Assembly (NCBI GenBank): GCA_043228905.1
Contig: JBHGNT010000006.1
Coordinates: 15,438,001 to 15,502,000, forward strand
Length of the DNA stretch: 64,000 nt
Source: Azolla caroliniana
Lineage: Eukaryota > Plantae > Polypodiophyta
Direction of reading: 5' to 3'
The first letter of the stretch is position 1. Every line of letters begins with the position of its first letter. The notes beneath the pieces were generated by a model. The model saw only the letters and a program-made list of their open reading frames with translations, did no database searches and was not told where the DNA came from. A program made the translations under genes and the position numbers. Shown in pieces: positions 1 to 12,919 of this stretch.

Positions 1-103
1 AAGATAGGCAGAAAAGCTTCCAACACCACAGCCAACATCCAATACCTGTACAACACCTGCTGTACTTAGTGTACCTTTCCCATTGTTTACCATCTTGCCT
101 AGC
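1..103 (-). CDS. Exon 3 (partial) of PMT6/PMT7-like methyltransferase; gene continues beyond the window
   Basis: Polypyrimidine TTTCAG| acceptor in phase 2; translates (R)LGKMVNNGKGTLSTAGVVQVLDVGCGVGSFSAYL, containing SAM-binding motif I. Confidence 0.92.
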
Positions 104-439
104 CTGAAAGAGAAAAAGAAAAAAAGATAAATTCATGTCTTTTAAGAGACCAAAATGTCCTATAAGACCAAACAACGATTATATCTTAAAATGTTATCTC
201 GTCTTTGAGAACAACAAACCAAAATAAATATAACTACATACAAAATGGAAGTGACTAAAGAATCCCATTATCTATACATGTAATTCTCAAGTCAGATAGA
301 TTCTAATTTTTCTGTTTGAAAAAACCCTGAGGAATGAATATGAAGTTCTTTGAATATAAATTTATGTGCCAACCATGGACAAAACCACATACAAGAAGGA
401 CTATTAATTAAAACCAAGCAGAGAACATGTCATAAGATG

Positions 440-1648
440 CATGGCAGATTTTAAACAAAAAGGTTGTCATATATATTAAAATGATTGTTTCTGATGATAT
501 TTTGGTAGATCTCAAAGGGTTAGTATCTGCTTCTAAAATATAGGCAAAGCTGAAGGTTACATATGAAAACAGTACGCCTGTTAATCAAGTACACCTAATG
601 CGAAAGCTTGTTGGTGTAAAAGTAAACGTGTGGAAGCGTTAGACAGAACCGGCTCAGCCGGATAGCAACAGAGAATAAGAGGTTTAATGGAGAATAAGAG
701 GTTTAAGAGAAGATCATGGAAAATGACAAAAGGTTCAAGGCTGATTGTGAAAGGCACAAAGAAGGGAGCTCTTTATTGCTTACATGGAAATGCTATATCG
801 AGCAAATTCATTGCTTTGGCTGAAGTTCACTCCCATATGGAGTTGTGGCATAAGAGATTTGGCCATATGAGCCAAAAGGGTCTCACTAGGCTTTGTAACC
901 TAAAGAAGCTTGATTTTTGTAATGAATGCCAATATGGAAAACAAGTGAAGCATTCCTTTTACTTTGATGTGTCTCGTAAGTCTTATGTACTTGATCTTGT
1001 TCATTCTGATGTGTGTAGCATGCCCACCAAATCTATGGGGGGTGCAATGTATTTTATCTCATTTGTTGATGATTTCTCTAGAAAAATTTGGGTTCAATTG
1101 CTTAAATCTAAGGATGAAGCCTTAACTGCATTTAAGCGTTTTCATGCATTTGTAACCACCCAAATCAGTAGAAAATTGAAATGTTTGCGTACGGACAATG
1201 GTGGTGAGTATACATGTGCTGAATTCAAGAAATTTTGTGAAATTTTGGGTATTAAGAGGGATCTTACTGTTCCATACAGCCCCTCTTCTAATGGTGTGGC
1301 TGAACGATATAACAGGACACTTTGCGATAGAGTGAGATGCATACTATCCACCACTAATCTCCCTCATGGATTTTGGGGAGAGGCACTCAAAACTGCAGTA
1401 CATGTATGCAATTGATCCCCTCACACATCTTTAAAAGGTGACATCCCTGAAGAGGTTTGGTCTAGCAAACCTGCATCATATGATCACTTACGTGTCTTTG
1501 GCTGCGAGGCTTTTGTACATATAAGGCCTGAGCTGAGAAACAAACTTGATGGCAAGTCCAATAAGGGCCTCTTCATGGGATATGATGAAAAAGGCGAAAT
1601 GGGTTATACGATTTGGATACCCCAGCTCAAGAAGGTTATACGCAGCAT
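440..1648 (+). mobile_element. Ty1/Copia fragment (gag remnant, GAG-pre-integrase, integrase) inside intron 2 of the PMT gene
   Basis: YENSTPVNQVHLMRKL gag remnant near 560-610; ORF 687-1415 has LWHKRFGH, VHSDV, RTDNGGEY, NGVAERYNRT; stops and deletions. Confidence 0.85.
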
Positions 1649-2866
1649 TGATAAAGGTCCACACATCACAGAACCCTACGGATGTACTAAACCAAGTGCT
1701 TACCCAAAGCACAACATCAGATATGTATACAAATGGTGGGAGTCACATAGCTTAAAGGCGTCATTTATGCCTTTAAGTAGGAGGTTGTTGGGTTAAAGGC
1801 CCTAAATGACCTCCTTATAATGTGTGCACATGTGTATATGCTTATTTATAAAGGCCAAAAGTCACTCATCACCTTTTCATTATTTTTGGGCCAAGTTCAG
1901 TGTGAACTTGGCCAACCCTAAATGGGTCTGATAAAACATAAGTTAAAAACTTTTGGATCTCACTTCAAAGGTGAGCTCCTCCAACTACTCCTCTCTCTCT
2001 ATCTTTTCTACCATAGCTCCACTATTGCATCTAAAGAGCTTGTACTAGGGTGAATCCTGAGTATTCCTCAGCCCTATTGACATCATTCCTAACCCTTACA
2101 TTATTCACATAATATCATCAAACCGACCTTATATCTCACTCAATTTGCATTACTTATATTATTTACACCATAGAATATCATACTTGGTAGATTTAGTTTA
2201 CCAACTGCCCTGACATCGTGATAGCATATAAATTCTCAGTTTAAGAGAGTAGAAAGACCTATGATATAAACATAACTCTATTAAATGCAAACTAAGGTAC
2301 ATTGTCCCATAAAGCTCGGATTTAAATCTCTAGACTTGCTCAAAGTGCACTCATGACCACCTACTAATACTTGCACCCAGATTTTAAATTACTTCACAGC
2401 GAAGTTTAAAGCAAAATGTCACTATCTGAACATTTCACTATAATTTTATTACAAGCTTCACCAGATACACGGCTATATTGCCTCTCCACAGGGTAGCCCT
2501 ACAATGCTCCATGTTTAACCTTTAGCAGGTGAGGATATGTAGCGGTAAGTTCTCACCCTACCATTACCAATATATATCCCTCCACATGCCTGTGCTTTCA
2601 TAGCAAAGCTTACGTTGGCTATAGGTTACAAACATTGCATCTGGACACCTTCACTTCTAAGGTTCCGTAGACTACATATTGAGCCCTAAACCTCATTAAT
2701 ACCGTGGTGCACTACCTCTTGACCACTAAATAGTATACGGTCATGCACATCCTTAGGAGTGTTTTATTTCCTCACATTTATTAATAGGTAGCAGATAAAT
2801 TGGCACATTTATAGAGTTTGCGACATTCCTACAAGATCATAGTAGTAATAAAGGCCAGAAAGGCAC

Positions 2867-3284
2867 CTTTCAATATACTCCTCAGCACCATGCTTAAAAT
2901 GAGTACCGCCTCCAGGAAACCACCACATGGAGCCATTCTCATGAACCCAATTCTGGCCTCCTTTTACTTCTGCGAGCTTCGAGTGATTCACATTGCTTTT
3001 CCAAACGAAATCTCGACTCCTGGGCCATCTGATCGGAATGTGATATCCTTGAGGAGGCGGCACAAGACAGAAAGGTTGTTCTTCATGAGGTGGGCATTTC
3101 CTTTCAAAATCTTCTTTTCTTTCCAGGTCCACACTTGTTGAAAAGCTTTTCGAGAAAGATCTATTATGGCATGGAATTAGTTCAGCGAGATCTTGAGGGC
3201 ATACATTCATGCCATTTGGGGGTATGCTTCTGATATATGATACTGAGACCTTGTTAGGAAGCCAGGGATAAGGTCCTTTTTCAG
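2867..3284 (-). CDS. Exon 2 of PMT6/PMT7-like methyltransferase
   Basis: TGCAG| acceptor; [63 protein letters not shown]; AG|GT donor at 2866. Confidence 0.93.
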
Positions 3285-4165
3285 CTGCATTTACAACATT
3301 TCATATAAAAAACAATGGAGAGATACATATGCGAGAAGTGTAATTTCTATGTGTTAGCTATACAAGCAAGAAAAACAGAAAAAAAACTCTTTGGAGCTAG
3401 ATCTACCCAAATAAAACAAAAATAATATAGTAAACTACTAATCATCACAGATTTAGGTGCTTCTTCAGCAACATCTACATTATGATGTATGAAAACGCTT
3501 GGAATAGATGCAAAACAGGCAGTTATATACATTAGCTTTCTACACGTTATCAAGACAAACAGGGAGAATTATTTGGGACAGAAGAGATGCAGAGATCTTC
3601 AGACAAAAACAAATGTACCCAAATACCGCTACTCAAACAGATTTAGAGTCTTTTCAGTTATGATTTCAACATTTCATATCTAAATCTTGGAATGATTTTC
3701 CAATATACATTTCTATATATTAGCTACATCAGCAATAAAAACAGAAAACAGGCTGTTAGGGAGCAGCGAGGTACAGATCTACTGAAACAAGAAAGAAAAT
3801 GTACAGATATCGTGCTACTCGGATTAAAATTAGGTCTTCTTCACCTGTATTTGCAGCACTACATTTCAAAACCTTGGATATATATACAGAAAGAAAGATA
3901 CACCGGAAGAGAAATTTCAATGCATTAGTATGACAAACAGGAAAAGATGTCTCGGGCAAGAGAGACAGAGATCTATTCAAAACGAAATCATTATAAAGAT
4001 AAAGCAATCACCAATCATGAAAGAGGCTAATAAAAACAGATTTAGGCTCTTTTTCAGCTGCATTTGCGAAAAGTCATATCAAAACCTTAAAAATATAATA
4101 TAACATATATTACAGGACGACACATTTCTAGACATTAGCTACATAAGCAAAAAGAAAACCATGTT
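3270..4165. repeat. Degenerate ~190-bp tandem duplication (about 5 units) of the PMT intron 1/exon 2 junction
   Basis: Recurring AGG..TTTTCAGCTGCATTT...CATTAGCTA...AAACAGAAAA blocks near 3271, 3455, 3645, 3832, 4044. Confidence 0.6.
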
Positions 4166-4276
4166 TGGGGCATGAAATTTTTTTTAAAAAAACAAGAAGC
4201 AAAAGCATAAACTATCTACTTACACAACGAATCAAACCGTTAACAAAAACATGTATATATATATATATATATATAC

Positions 4277-4415
4277 CTGTTGATTCCGGATCATAGATGA
4301 AACGCCTCTGTCCGAACAATGTGCCAGAGTAGAAAGATATGATGATTAAGGCAAAAGTAGTGATGATGAGCTTCCCTGAGAAGTGACCTGTGAGAAAACT
4401 CTGATCAAACCACAT
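4277..4415 (-). CDS. Exon 1 of probable pectin methyltransferase (Methyltransf_29, PMT6/PMT7-like); N-terminal membrane anchor
   Basis: ATG at 4415; hydrophobic LIITTFALIIISFYSGTLFG; AG|GTATAT donor at 4276; phase 1 fits exon 2. Confidence 0.85.
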
Positions 4416-4558
4416 GTCGTTATGATTGGGTCAGAGTATGAAACAAGAGCAAGGCTATTATTTCGTCAAGGTCGCATTGCATCTCTGAGCTCAGTAAGTG
4501 AGTGAGAGGGTGCCTGCGTCAGTCAGTAGTGACTAGGGAGTGAGTCAATCAGTTAGCC

Positions 4559-4604
4559 ACATACATATATGTATGTACATACATACATACATACATACTC
4601 ATAC
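4559..4604. repeat. (TACA)n/(TATG)n microsatellite upstream of the PMT gene
   Basis: catacatacatacatacatac. Confidence 0.8.
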
Positions 4605-4744
4605 TTCACTCGGCTCGTGACTAACTACTACCAAAAATTAAAGAGGGCAAGTGAGGGAATCACGGGCGCGGACGGTGCAGGTTGCATCGTTGATGGCACG
4701 TGCGATCTCCACCGTCCAATGTGGATAAAAAGCTTACAACGGCT

Positions 4745-4890
4745 GTCACCAGGAGCCCGACTCTGTCACAAGGAGTCCCTTTGTCTGACAACCTTTGCCA
4801 CCGAGGAGCCCGACTTTGTCAAAAGGAGCCCCACTATCTGACAGCCTTTGTCACCAAGAGCCCGACCAACTTTGGGTAGGAGCCTGACTC
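4745..4890. repeat. Short degenerate tandem repeat (GTCAC..GGAGCCCGACT core)
   Basis: About 6 copies of ggagcccgac-like units. Confidence 0.6.
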
Positions 4891-5625
4891 TCAAAAAAAT
4901 AAAACTAATAAAGAATAAAACAATGACATGCAAAACAAAAGTGAATCGGGGAGTGGTTATAGTTTTGTCTAAGATATGTTAGGTCTATGGTTCAAATCCT
5001 TTTCTTCTTTGTATTCTTTCTTTTTAGTTTTCTTCTTCTTCGATTTGTTTCTTTTTTAGGGTTTCGACATTTGGTTTAGGGTATGTAATAGTGGTATTGA
5101 ATTCAACACCTGAATTACTAAATGTGTTCATGGTGCCGTAATAGTCTAAAAGGTGTAAAATTGTCATCATCAAACACTTAACCATCTGTTGTTGACCATA
5201 CCTTTGTGCCCTAGTAATTAAGTTTATAACTAGACATTTGCAAACTTTGATTGATGCAAGTGGACTTATGCTTCAGTTTCCGGATTGAACATTTGTTTTT
5301 CTATAACTCTTAAGATGCTCCTTTTCATAATTCACTGATGACATTCCAAATAAGATCGTTCTCCATCTTAGATATCCTCTAATGTGCAATATTCTTGCCA
5401 AAGATCAACCAAGTTGACAACTTGAAAAGATGAAAAGTTGATGTATTGGAGATTTGTAAAGTGGCCTATGCATGGATTGCTATGATAATGCAATCAAAAT
5501 TTCTATCATTGATTTCTTAGCAAAGAATGCATGCGAGAATTTTAGGTGGAATGCCCTTGAACTATTTTGGCAACATGATACAACTAAATAGGTCTTTATA
5601 GAAAGTCAAAAGAGTTAATTATTTA

Positions 5626-6043
5626 TGTTGACATACAAGCTCAACATTGGGTACGTAATCCATTGCGTAGACTGGGTGCATAAAACCGTACGCACAAAGG
5701 GTCGTAACGGTGTGTAAGCCGAGAGGCCGTTAGAGCATTATTCCTCGTAAGGAATAATTTTGCGAGTTAGTGTATGAGGCTCATTAATGAGCATTGAAGT
5801 ATGTGTCAGTACTTGGACAATACTTCTGTCTGTCCATAAGGACTTGTATAAAAAGCGCAGATTGAGCCCATCTTGTATAGTGTGACTAAGAGTTATTTTT
5901 TAATCCAAGTTTTGTGTTCTCTCTCATTATTTGTCTCTCCTGGATACGTTGTGTCGTGTTCAAAGCTTTCCATTAAACCTTCTCTTCGTCATCTGTGTTA
6001 CACTATTGTGTTTGTTACGCTTCCACACACGCTATTTTTTACA
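5626..6043. mobile_element. Solo LTR
   Basis: TG...CA ends flanked by 5-bp TSD ATTTA (5621-5625, 6044-6048); internal TATAAAA. Confidence 0.7.
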
Positions 6044-6649
6044 ATTTAATGCTTGCCTACTTCAAAATAGCTTGAATACACATATCCATGACTTTCCTTG
6101 GAAGGTGATTTTGTAGCTCAAACAATATTGGAAGCAAATACTAGCTTATTTGTGGAAATACAAGTCAAAGAATGGTCTCCTCATGACATGTTCCGTTAGC
6201 CAAAGAATTAACAATGTTGTCATCATAGGGCCCTCATGCATCCTTGTGATTTGCTCACTCCTTTTTATAGTTGATAATGAGCTCACTTCTTTTTACAGCT
6301 TTCAAGAGCTCATTTGCAAAATAAAAATAGAATGGCAAGCACCACTACTTCTCCCTAGATGGCCACTTAGCTTCCACAATTATTATATGATAGTTTCGCA
6401 TCTACAACTTACAACATGATGAATTCTCGTCTTTTGCAATTGTAGATCTTTTACCCTATGATCATTATAATCCGCATCGAGCCATCAATACTTTTGTTCA
6501 AATAAAGTTAGCTCTTACCATTTGGGCTATGTTTGATTGTCACTTTAATATGCAACTCACTCATGTTCCAAGTAAAGTAAACTCGCATAATTTGAGCATT
6601 TTCTTTATTATTTGACGGCTCTCGGCTTTCTTCGACCTTTCCATGGCAG

Positions 6650-7625
6650 TTTCGGTTCCTCCCCCTCAAGCTTGTGACAAAGGCTTGTAGTGTTAGAGGG
6701 TCAAAGGCCGAGTGCTTCCATCCATCGTGGGTCATGAGCCACTTTTGTAGAGCTTTCGGGCTCTTGATCGGCCCCTACCTTCATCGTGAAGGCATAATGA
6801 TGGGCCATATACTCGTTGTAGCCGAACCGAGTGACCGCGTTCTTCTCTCATAATGAGCGTTGGAGTTTTTCGCTTACCGATGTGAGTGCCTTTTGTACTC
6901 CGGGTGTCTGCATAATGGGTACACCAAATTCACTATCTAGTGAGCGAGCCGACACATCTGAATCACTTTCGTTGGGGTGGTCGACTTCATACTCGGGCAT
7001 CTTAGCTTTGCCTTTGTCCAATTTCAAACTTGGCCGCGATGTGCTTTGGTCACGTGAAGGCTCATGTGGTCCACTGAGCTCGGTAGAGCTTAGATTGTCC
7101 TTTGGTAGAGGACTTGGATGAATATTGTCATTCGAGTTGATGTGCAACTCTTCCTCGATCGGGACGGATGGAGCTGAATCGAGCTCATACCATGATGCCG
7201 ATTCGTCGAAAACTACGTCCCAACTCCTCTGAACCGCTCAGGTCAAAGGGTTGGACCACTTGTATCCCTTTTTTTTGGATGAGTATCCTACGAGGATACA
7301 TTTCTCCGACTTCGCGTCGAGCTTCTGTCGTTGTTCATTCGGGATGCGTACATTCACAATGCTTCTGAACACTTTGAGGTGAGAAAGGATCAACTTCCTT
7401 CCAACAAAGATCTCGTATGGAGTTAGCTCATGTACTCCATTAGTAGTACACCAACTCATGAGATAGACGGTCGTGGATGCCGCTCCGGCCCAATAGAAGT
7501 TCGGCATGTGATTCTCATGCAACATGGCCCGTGCTACCTCGAGTATATGCCGATTCTTCCTTTTGGCTACTCCATTTTGTTGTGGGGTGTGTCGGCATAA
7601 AAATTCTCTCTGAATGCCTTCACCT
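6650..7625 (-). mobile_element. Copia fragment (integrase C-half, internally deleted), related to the Copia at 39603-42213
   Basis: ADTPQQNG..RKNRHILEVARAML..FYWA; SEKCILVGYS; YMAHHYA motif; CTTGAGGGGGAGG purine tract. Confidence 0.8.
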
Positions 7626-8539
7626 TCAAAGTGCCACAGGCACTATGGTCAAGCAAAACGCCATGTGTGTGCGTATGCACGCACGTCTCCTCTTCCTCAT
7701 TTGATTGCCTCCGATACGTATCCGGAAACGCTCCAGCCGGTGTCACAACCACCGGCACCGGCGAATGTCAGTTCTTCTGGATCCGTCTCTCTCCGGTTTG
7801 AGACCCCGATGGTCTTGCCCCGATCCGACATATACATAGTCTTCAATGAAGACTTTATTCTCTCTAAGAGGAACCAAAATAAAATAGTTGGTAAAAAGGT
7901 ATCCTTCGAAGTTGAGAAAGACATTGTAGAAAGAACAACCCACTGGGACGAATCAGAGATTCAACAAACAATTGAAATTGACTGAGCTGACACCACACTT
8001 GCTGACTCTGAATTAACAAGCGGTCCACTAGTCAAATTTGATTTGACTAAGCCAACAATGACAAAGTCAAAATGACCAAGGGAAAGGCTACCCTACCAAT
8101 CAATCCCAAAATAGGGGAGGATTATTTGACATCGCCGAAATTCCACTACAAGGGTGAGTCATGCCAAAGGAATCCTGAAGGTGGTTCACGCAATACCGAT
8201 CGGCCGACTGAGACGACTGAAAAAATCAAATCGACAAAATCGGCACCTAGAAGATCCGCACAAGTCACAAGGCCTCGACTATGTAAACTACACAAACGTT
8301 GGCGAACCAAGCTCCTACGAAGAAACCAAAGCCGCGTCATATGCCGACACATGTCTACAAGCCATGCAATCCAAGATGAACTCGATTCATTAGAACAATA
8401 CATGGGAGTTGGTCGAACCACCAGCTAGAAGGAAGTCGTTGCCAGGCAAATGGGTCTTCAGGTACCAATATGTATCTGATTCGGAAAAGCCCAAATATAA
8501 AGCCCGACTCATCACAAAAGGATTCAAGAAAGAACACGG
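7626..8539 (+). mobile_element. Copia B, part 1 (integrase C-terminus and RT start); host of element A0
   Basis: GEPSSYEE..AMQSKMNSIH; LPGKWVFR..KYKARLITKGFKKEHG interrupted by LTR terminus TGTCGTGAAG at 8540. Confidence 0.75.
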
Positions 8540-10165
8540 TGTCGTGAAGATCCGTCACTACGTGCGGATCGTGAGGCGGAACCACCGGGGTCCTGGACCG
8601 GAAGGATTCGAAGTTTAGGGTTTAGGGTTTAGTGGTCTGGTCGCCGTCTCGCCGTCTCGCCGTCCGGGTCTCGCCGGCTCCGTATGGTCACCGTCTCGCC
8701 GTCCGATCGCCGTCGTACCGTCCGGTTGCCGTCTTCGTCTCGCTGGCTCCGTCCGGTCGCCGTCTCGCCGGATCCGATCGGCCAAAACCATTACAATTAG
8801 TTAGGCCACACACAATTATCTGGTTAGTTTAGCTCAAGTCACCTTGAACATTCTATGATCCACTCCATAGATTGACATATTCGCATTCGTGGGGGTTACC
8901 ATACGAATATGCGTAAGAATACATGAAAAAATATTCGTTAAAAAAGAAAAGAAAAAAAGAGAGCTCCTACTTTTTAATTTCTAATATATATATCATATAA
9001 CAAAGAGACTTTCACATTAAATATTGGATATTTAACTTGACATTAAAAAGGAGGCTTACACTAAATAATATTTTTATATAATAAATGGAAAACTTAAAAC
9101 TTAAAAGTATTTGTTTTATTTTTAATAAATATAAAATAATAATAAATAATAAATAAAAGGTTCATTAATTTCCCACTTTACTCTCCCACAAAAATTGATA
9201 TTTTTATCTGTTATTAAAAGGGAACCTCGTACTAATAATATTTTTATAATATATATATAACTTAAATGTATTTGTTTTATTTTTTAATAAAACGATAAAT
9301 AAATAAATAAATGTAAATAGATTAACTAAATAAAAGGTTCCCATAAATTTCATATTTTTATTTCACATTAAAAAGGGAACTCACACTAATAATATTTTTA
9401 TAATATTTATCAAACTTAGTTGTATATGTTTTAATTTTTAATAAAACAAAAAATAAATAAAATATATGTAAACTAAATAGAATAAATAAAAGGTTCTCCA
9501 AAATTTTTATATTTTTATCTCACATTAAAAAGGGGACCTCATAGTAACAATATTCTTATAAATTATAATAGATGAAAAACTTTAAAGAATTTGTTTTATT
9601 TTTAATAAAAAAATAAATAATAAATAAAAGGTTCATTAATTCCCCGCTTTTTACTCTCTTGACATTAAAAAGGGGACCTTAGACTAATAATATATTTAAT
9701 ATATAAAATTATATATAATAAATAAATAAACGAATGGTTCTGTAATATTCTTGGGGTCATATTGTATGATCAAATTTTACGAATATTACGGATGTCGAAT
9801 ATTAAGAATTTCACACATGAATCAATTTATGATCCACTCATAAACACAAAGCAATAGATTTTGGCCTTGCTTATATACTCTGGGATCCTTATTTTTTATG
9901 TCTATGTGGGATATCTTGTAGTTTTGTTTTTTCTCTTCTTCTTCACAAACTTTATACCCACATAACCTGCCACTTAGTTGTCCGTTTCTTTTGTGGTAAA
10001 GTGTATTCGAAAGCTCTTAAAGACCTCCATCTTTTTGTACCAAGATATTAAACTAGTATAAAATAGTATCTTCACTATTATTGTTTTATGTTGTTTGTGA
10101 AGAACCACACTCGATTTTGTACATTCCATTCAATTTTCACACCGTTGCCGGAAATCTTCATGATA
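8540..10165 (-). repeat. 3' LTR of A0 (internally deleted, contains a hAT-like insertion)
   Basis: Ends TGTCGTGAAGAT / ATCTTCATGATA; matches 33056-33850 and the A1 LTRs in reverse. Confidence 0.8.
8866..9831. mobile_element. Non-autonomous hAT-like element/MITE with AT-rich internal tandem repeats
   Basis: TIR CATAGATTGA...TCAATTTATG; 8-bp TSD ATCCACTC (8858-8865, 9832-9839); absent from the homologous LTR position near 33800. Confidence 0.8.
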
Positions 10166-10290
10166 TCCACCCCCACCAAACCACACGTCCTCTAGTATGT
10201 GCCAAGAATAGAGTGTGAGATTTCGGCTACGGTGATTAGTACAATTCTTTTTTTTTTCTTTTTTTTCTTTTCCGAGCATGTCCATTCCCT

Positions 10291-11824
10291 TCACTCGAAC
10301 CATTGTCGCCATCCAATCCACCATATCATTCGCTCATTCTTTGTTTTACCATGACCAGTTGTCACGGCCCCTTGTCCTCTTTCCGAACATAATTGTTTAG
10401 GTTTTATGCATGTTCCACCTTTGTCCCCATCGTCTCCTTGCTCAAGGCACTTTGACCCATCACACATTTTTGTTTTGTGTCTTTCTCCCCAAGCCTTTAT
10501 CTGAATAATGACATTGACTACCCCATGTAGTACCTTCAAGTGCATGCCTACTTTGAGATCCTTACGCGACCATGCTCTATATTTCTCAATTTGTCTAGTT
10601 TCATGATACAATCTCATATTAGAGTCGACAATCTTCACACTAGCATCTTTGCTAGATGTTTTGATCACATCCTTCAAATCTTGATGGCTCACTTGGCCAT
10701 CGTCATCCCTTGTCATACTTTGCTCAAAATCTTTGTTGTACGCATCAGCTTTTGTCTCTATGCTTTGCTTGACCTCTTCCTCCCACACATCAGCTTCAAC
10801 CCTCGACAATCTTCACACTAGCATCTTTGCTAGATGTTTTGATCACATCCTTCAAATCTTGATGGCTCACTTGGCCATCGTCATCCCTTGTCATACTTTG
10901 CTCAGAATCTTTGTTGTACGCATCAGCTTTTGTCTCTATGCTTTGCTTGACCTCTTCCTCCCACACATCAGCTTCAACCCTTGCTTTTTCATCGTCATTG
11001 TCCTTCTCTTGGGTCTTACATCGGTTAATGCCCAAGTCTCTAGAACGAGTGTGGAGAGATCCATATGTATTTGTCGGCCATTCCCCAACTTCGTTATTTG
11101 CAACAGCTTGGACCTTCGGTTCCCCGCCATCCTCTTTTGTCTCTTGGGTCTCACGCTAGCTTTGAACGACAACTGCCCAAGTCTCTAGAAAATGTGTGAA
11201 GGAATCTGTTTGTCTTTGGTCAATTGCCTTTGACACCTTTGTCTTGATGCCATCTTTCACATAAAATTTGAACTCCCCCTTGTTGCCACCTTCCATCTCT
11301 TGGGTCTTCTGTTGGTTCTCTACAACTGCCCAAGTCTCCGGAACTTGTGTGAAGGAATCCATGACACGGCCATCTGCCATTAATTCTTCCATAACCACCT
11401 CTGACCTGATGTCATTTTTCGTGGCTATCTCTTCAATCTCATGGGCCTCGTACCCATTGACCCTCTTGATCGAGCAAGCTTCGATCATGCTTCTCTCTTC
11501 GTCGCATGTATTCATTTCGACCTTCGGCTCCTCGCCGACACCTTCCATCTCTTGGGTCTCACATTGGTTCTTGGACGCAATTGCCCAAGTCTCTAGAACA
11601 TGTGCGAAGGAAATCCGGTCGTGATTGTTGTCGATGAGTATTGTCTTGTTCATAGCCGCCTCCTCGATGTTGATTTTAGCGACTACATCCTTTATCATGC
11701 CGATCTCACACTCTTTATCTCTCTTAATGCAAGCTTCGATTAGGCTTGCTCCTTCATCATCTGTTATTTCGAACACGACGCTCGTCCCGAAACATTTGTC
11801 CTCCTTTGAAGTGGCCTTCTCCAT
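10291..11824 (-). pseudogene. C-terminal extension of the A0 Gag-fusion protein (acidic repeats, Trp-rich motif)
   Basis: LETWAV..NQ.ETQEMEG repeats and ERMIWWIGWRQWFE, homologous to ORF 61724-63820; includes a ~178-bp tandem duplication (about 10625-10980) and stops. Confidence 0.75.
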
Positions 11825-12893
11825 TGTGAAGATTTTCGACAATGGTGTGAAAATCACATAAAACGTACGAAATCGAGTATGAATCACATAAAAAAATAAT
11901 AGTGAAGTATCTAACTACAAAATAATAGAGGTCTTCAAGAGCTTTCGAATGCACTTTATTACACGAGAAACGGACAACTAGATGTCAAGATATGAGGGTA
12001 TAAAGTTTGTGAAACGAAAAGAGAAAATTGTGAGATATCCCATATAGGCACGACAAATACGGCTCTCATAATATATAAGGTAGAGCAAAAGTTATTATCT
12101 TTGTGTATATGTGTGGAGCATAGAGAGTTCAAGGTAACTTGAATTAAGAGTGGAGGTGGCCTAGCTGCTACTTGTAATGGCCAACCAAAATCGGACCGAC
12201 GATGGAGCCGGTGGCACACCGACAACTGGTGATCTAGCGGAACCGTCATCCGATGGAGCCGGCGAGGCGCCGACGCACCGGCAAACCGGCGTCATCCGGC
12301 ATTCGACGAACAAATTAATAAATAAATATCACATATATATACACAAGGAGGGCAAGTGAGGATTTGAACCTTGCACCTCCTAGTTAAGAGTCAATGGGCT
12401 TACCACTAAGCCATGACATTTAGTTGAATTTATATTTCTATCGTTGTACTTTTACATGGAAATTCTTATACATGAGAGCTAAAATGAGTGACATTGTTGT
12501 CATGCACCACATGTAATACATAAGCGCCAAATGGCAAACATGCATTTTATGCATGTCTTGTACCCTCACATGTATCATATGCATGAGAGCATCTATAAAA
12601 GAAGGGATGAAAAAGAAGAAGGGTTAGGTTTTATTTGGTTATGAAATTAAGAAGAAGAGAATTCGTTATCGAATTAATCGTGTAACTTGTTTCTTAAAAT
12701 CTAAAATCAAGAGTTCAATCTTAATCTCTCTCAATCTAAAGTCAAGCGTTCTATTCTATCTCAAGCTCTCTCTCTCTTTCAATCTAGCTTAAGTACTTTC
12801 TCGCTAAAGCTTGTGCCAACTTCAAGTCCTTCCGGTCCAGAACCCCGGCGGTTCCGCCTCACGATCCACGCGTAGTGACGGATCTTCACGACA
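11825..12893 (+). repeat. 5' LTR of A1
   Basis: Highly similar to 18928-19899 + 32114-32237; ends ATCTTCACGACA. Confidence 0.9.
12350..12415 (-). promoter_or_regulatory. tRNA-like Pol III A-box/B-box module in the A1 5' LTR (copy at 19506-19570)
   Basis: Minus strand TGGCTTAGTGGTAAGC..GACTCTTAA..AGGTGCAAGGTTCAAATCC; D-stem pairs, acceptor stem does not. Confidence 0.7.
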
Positions 12894-12901
12894 TAATTAA
12901 G

Positions 12902-12919
12902 TGGTGAACCCGACGTGAA
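12902..12919 (+). other. Primer-binding site complementary to tRNA-Trp 3' end
   Basis: TGGTGAACCCGACGTGAA; same PBS at 33033-33048 (-), 42795-42812 and 61711-61728. Confidence 0.85.

Noticed and set aside
1649-2225. Solo LTR ending the intronic Copia fragment
   Set aside because: Starts with TG and looks LTR-like, but no convincing CA end with matching TSD was found.
5050-6640. Decayed transposase or Helitron coding sequence flanking the solo LTR
   Set aside because: No diagnostic motif could be read in any frame.
12350-12415. Functional tRNA-Lys(CUU) gene
   Set aside because: CTCTTAA loop is present but acceptor and anticodon stems do not pair, and the second LTR copy changes the anticodon; kept only as a promoter-like module.
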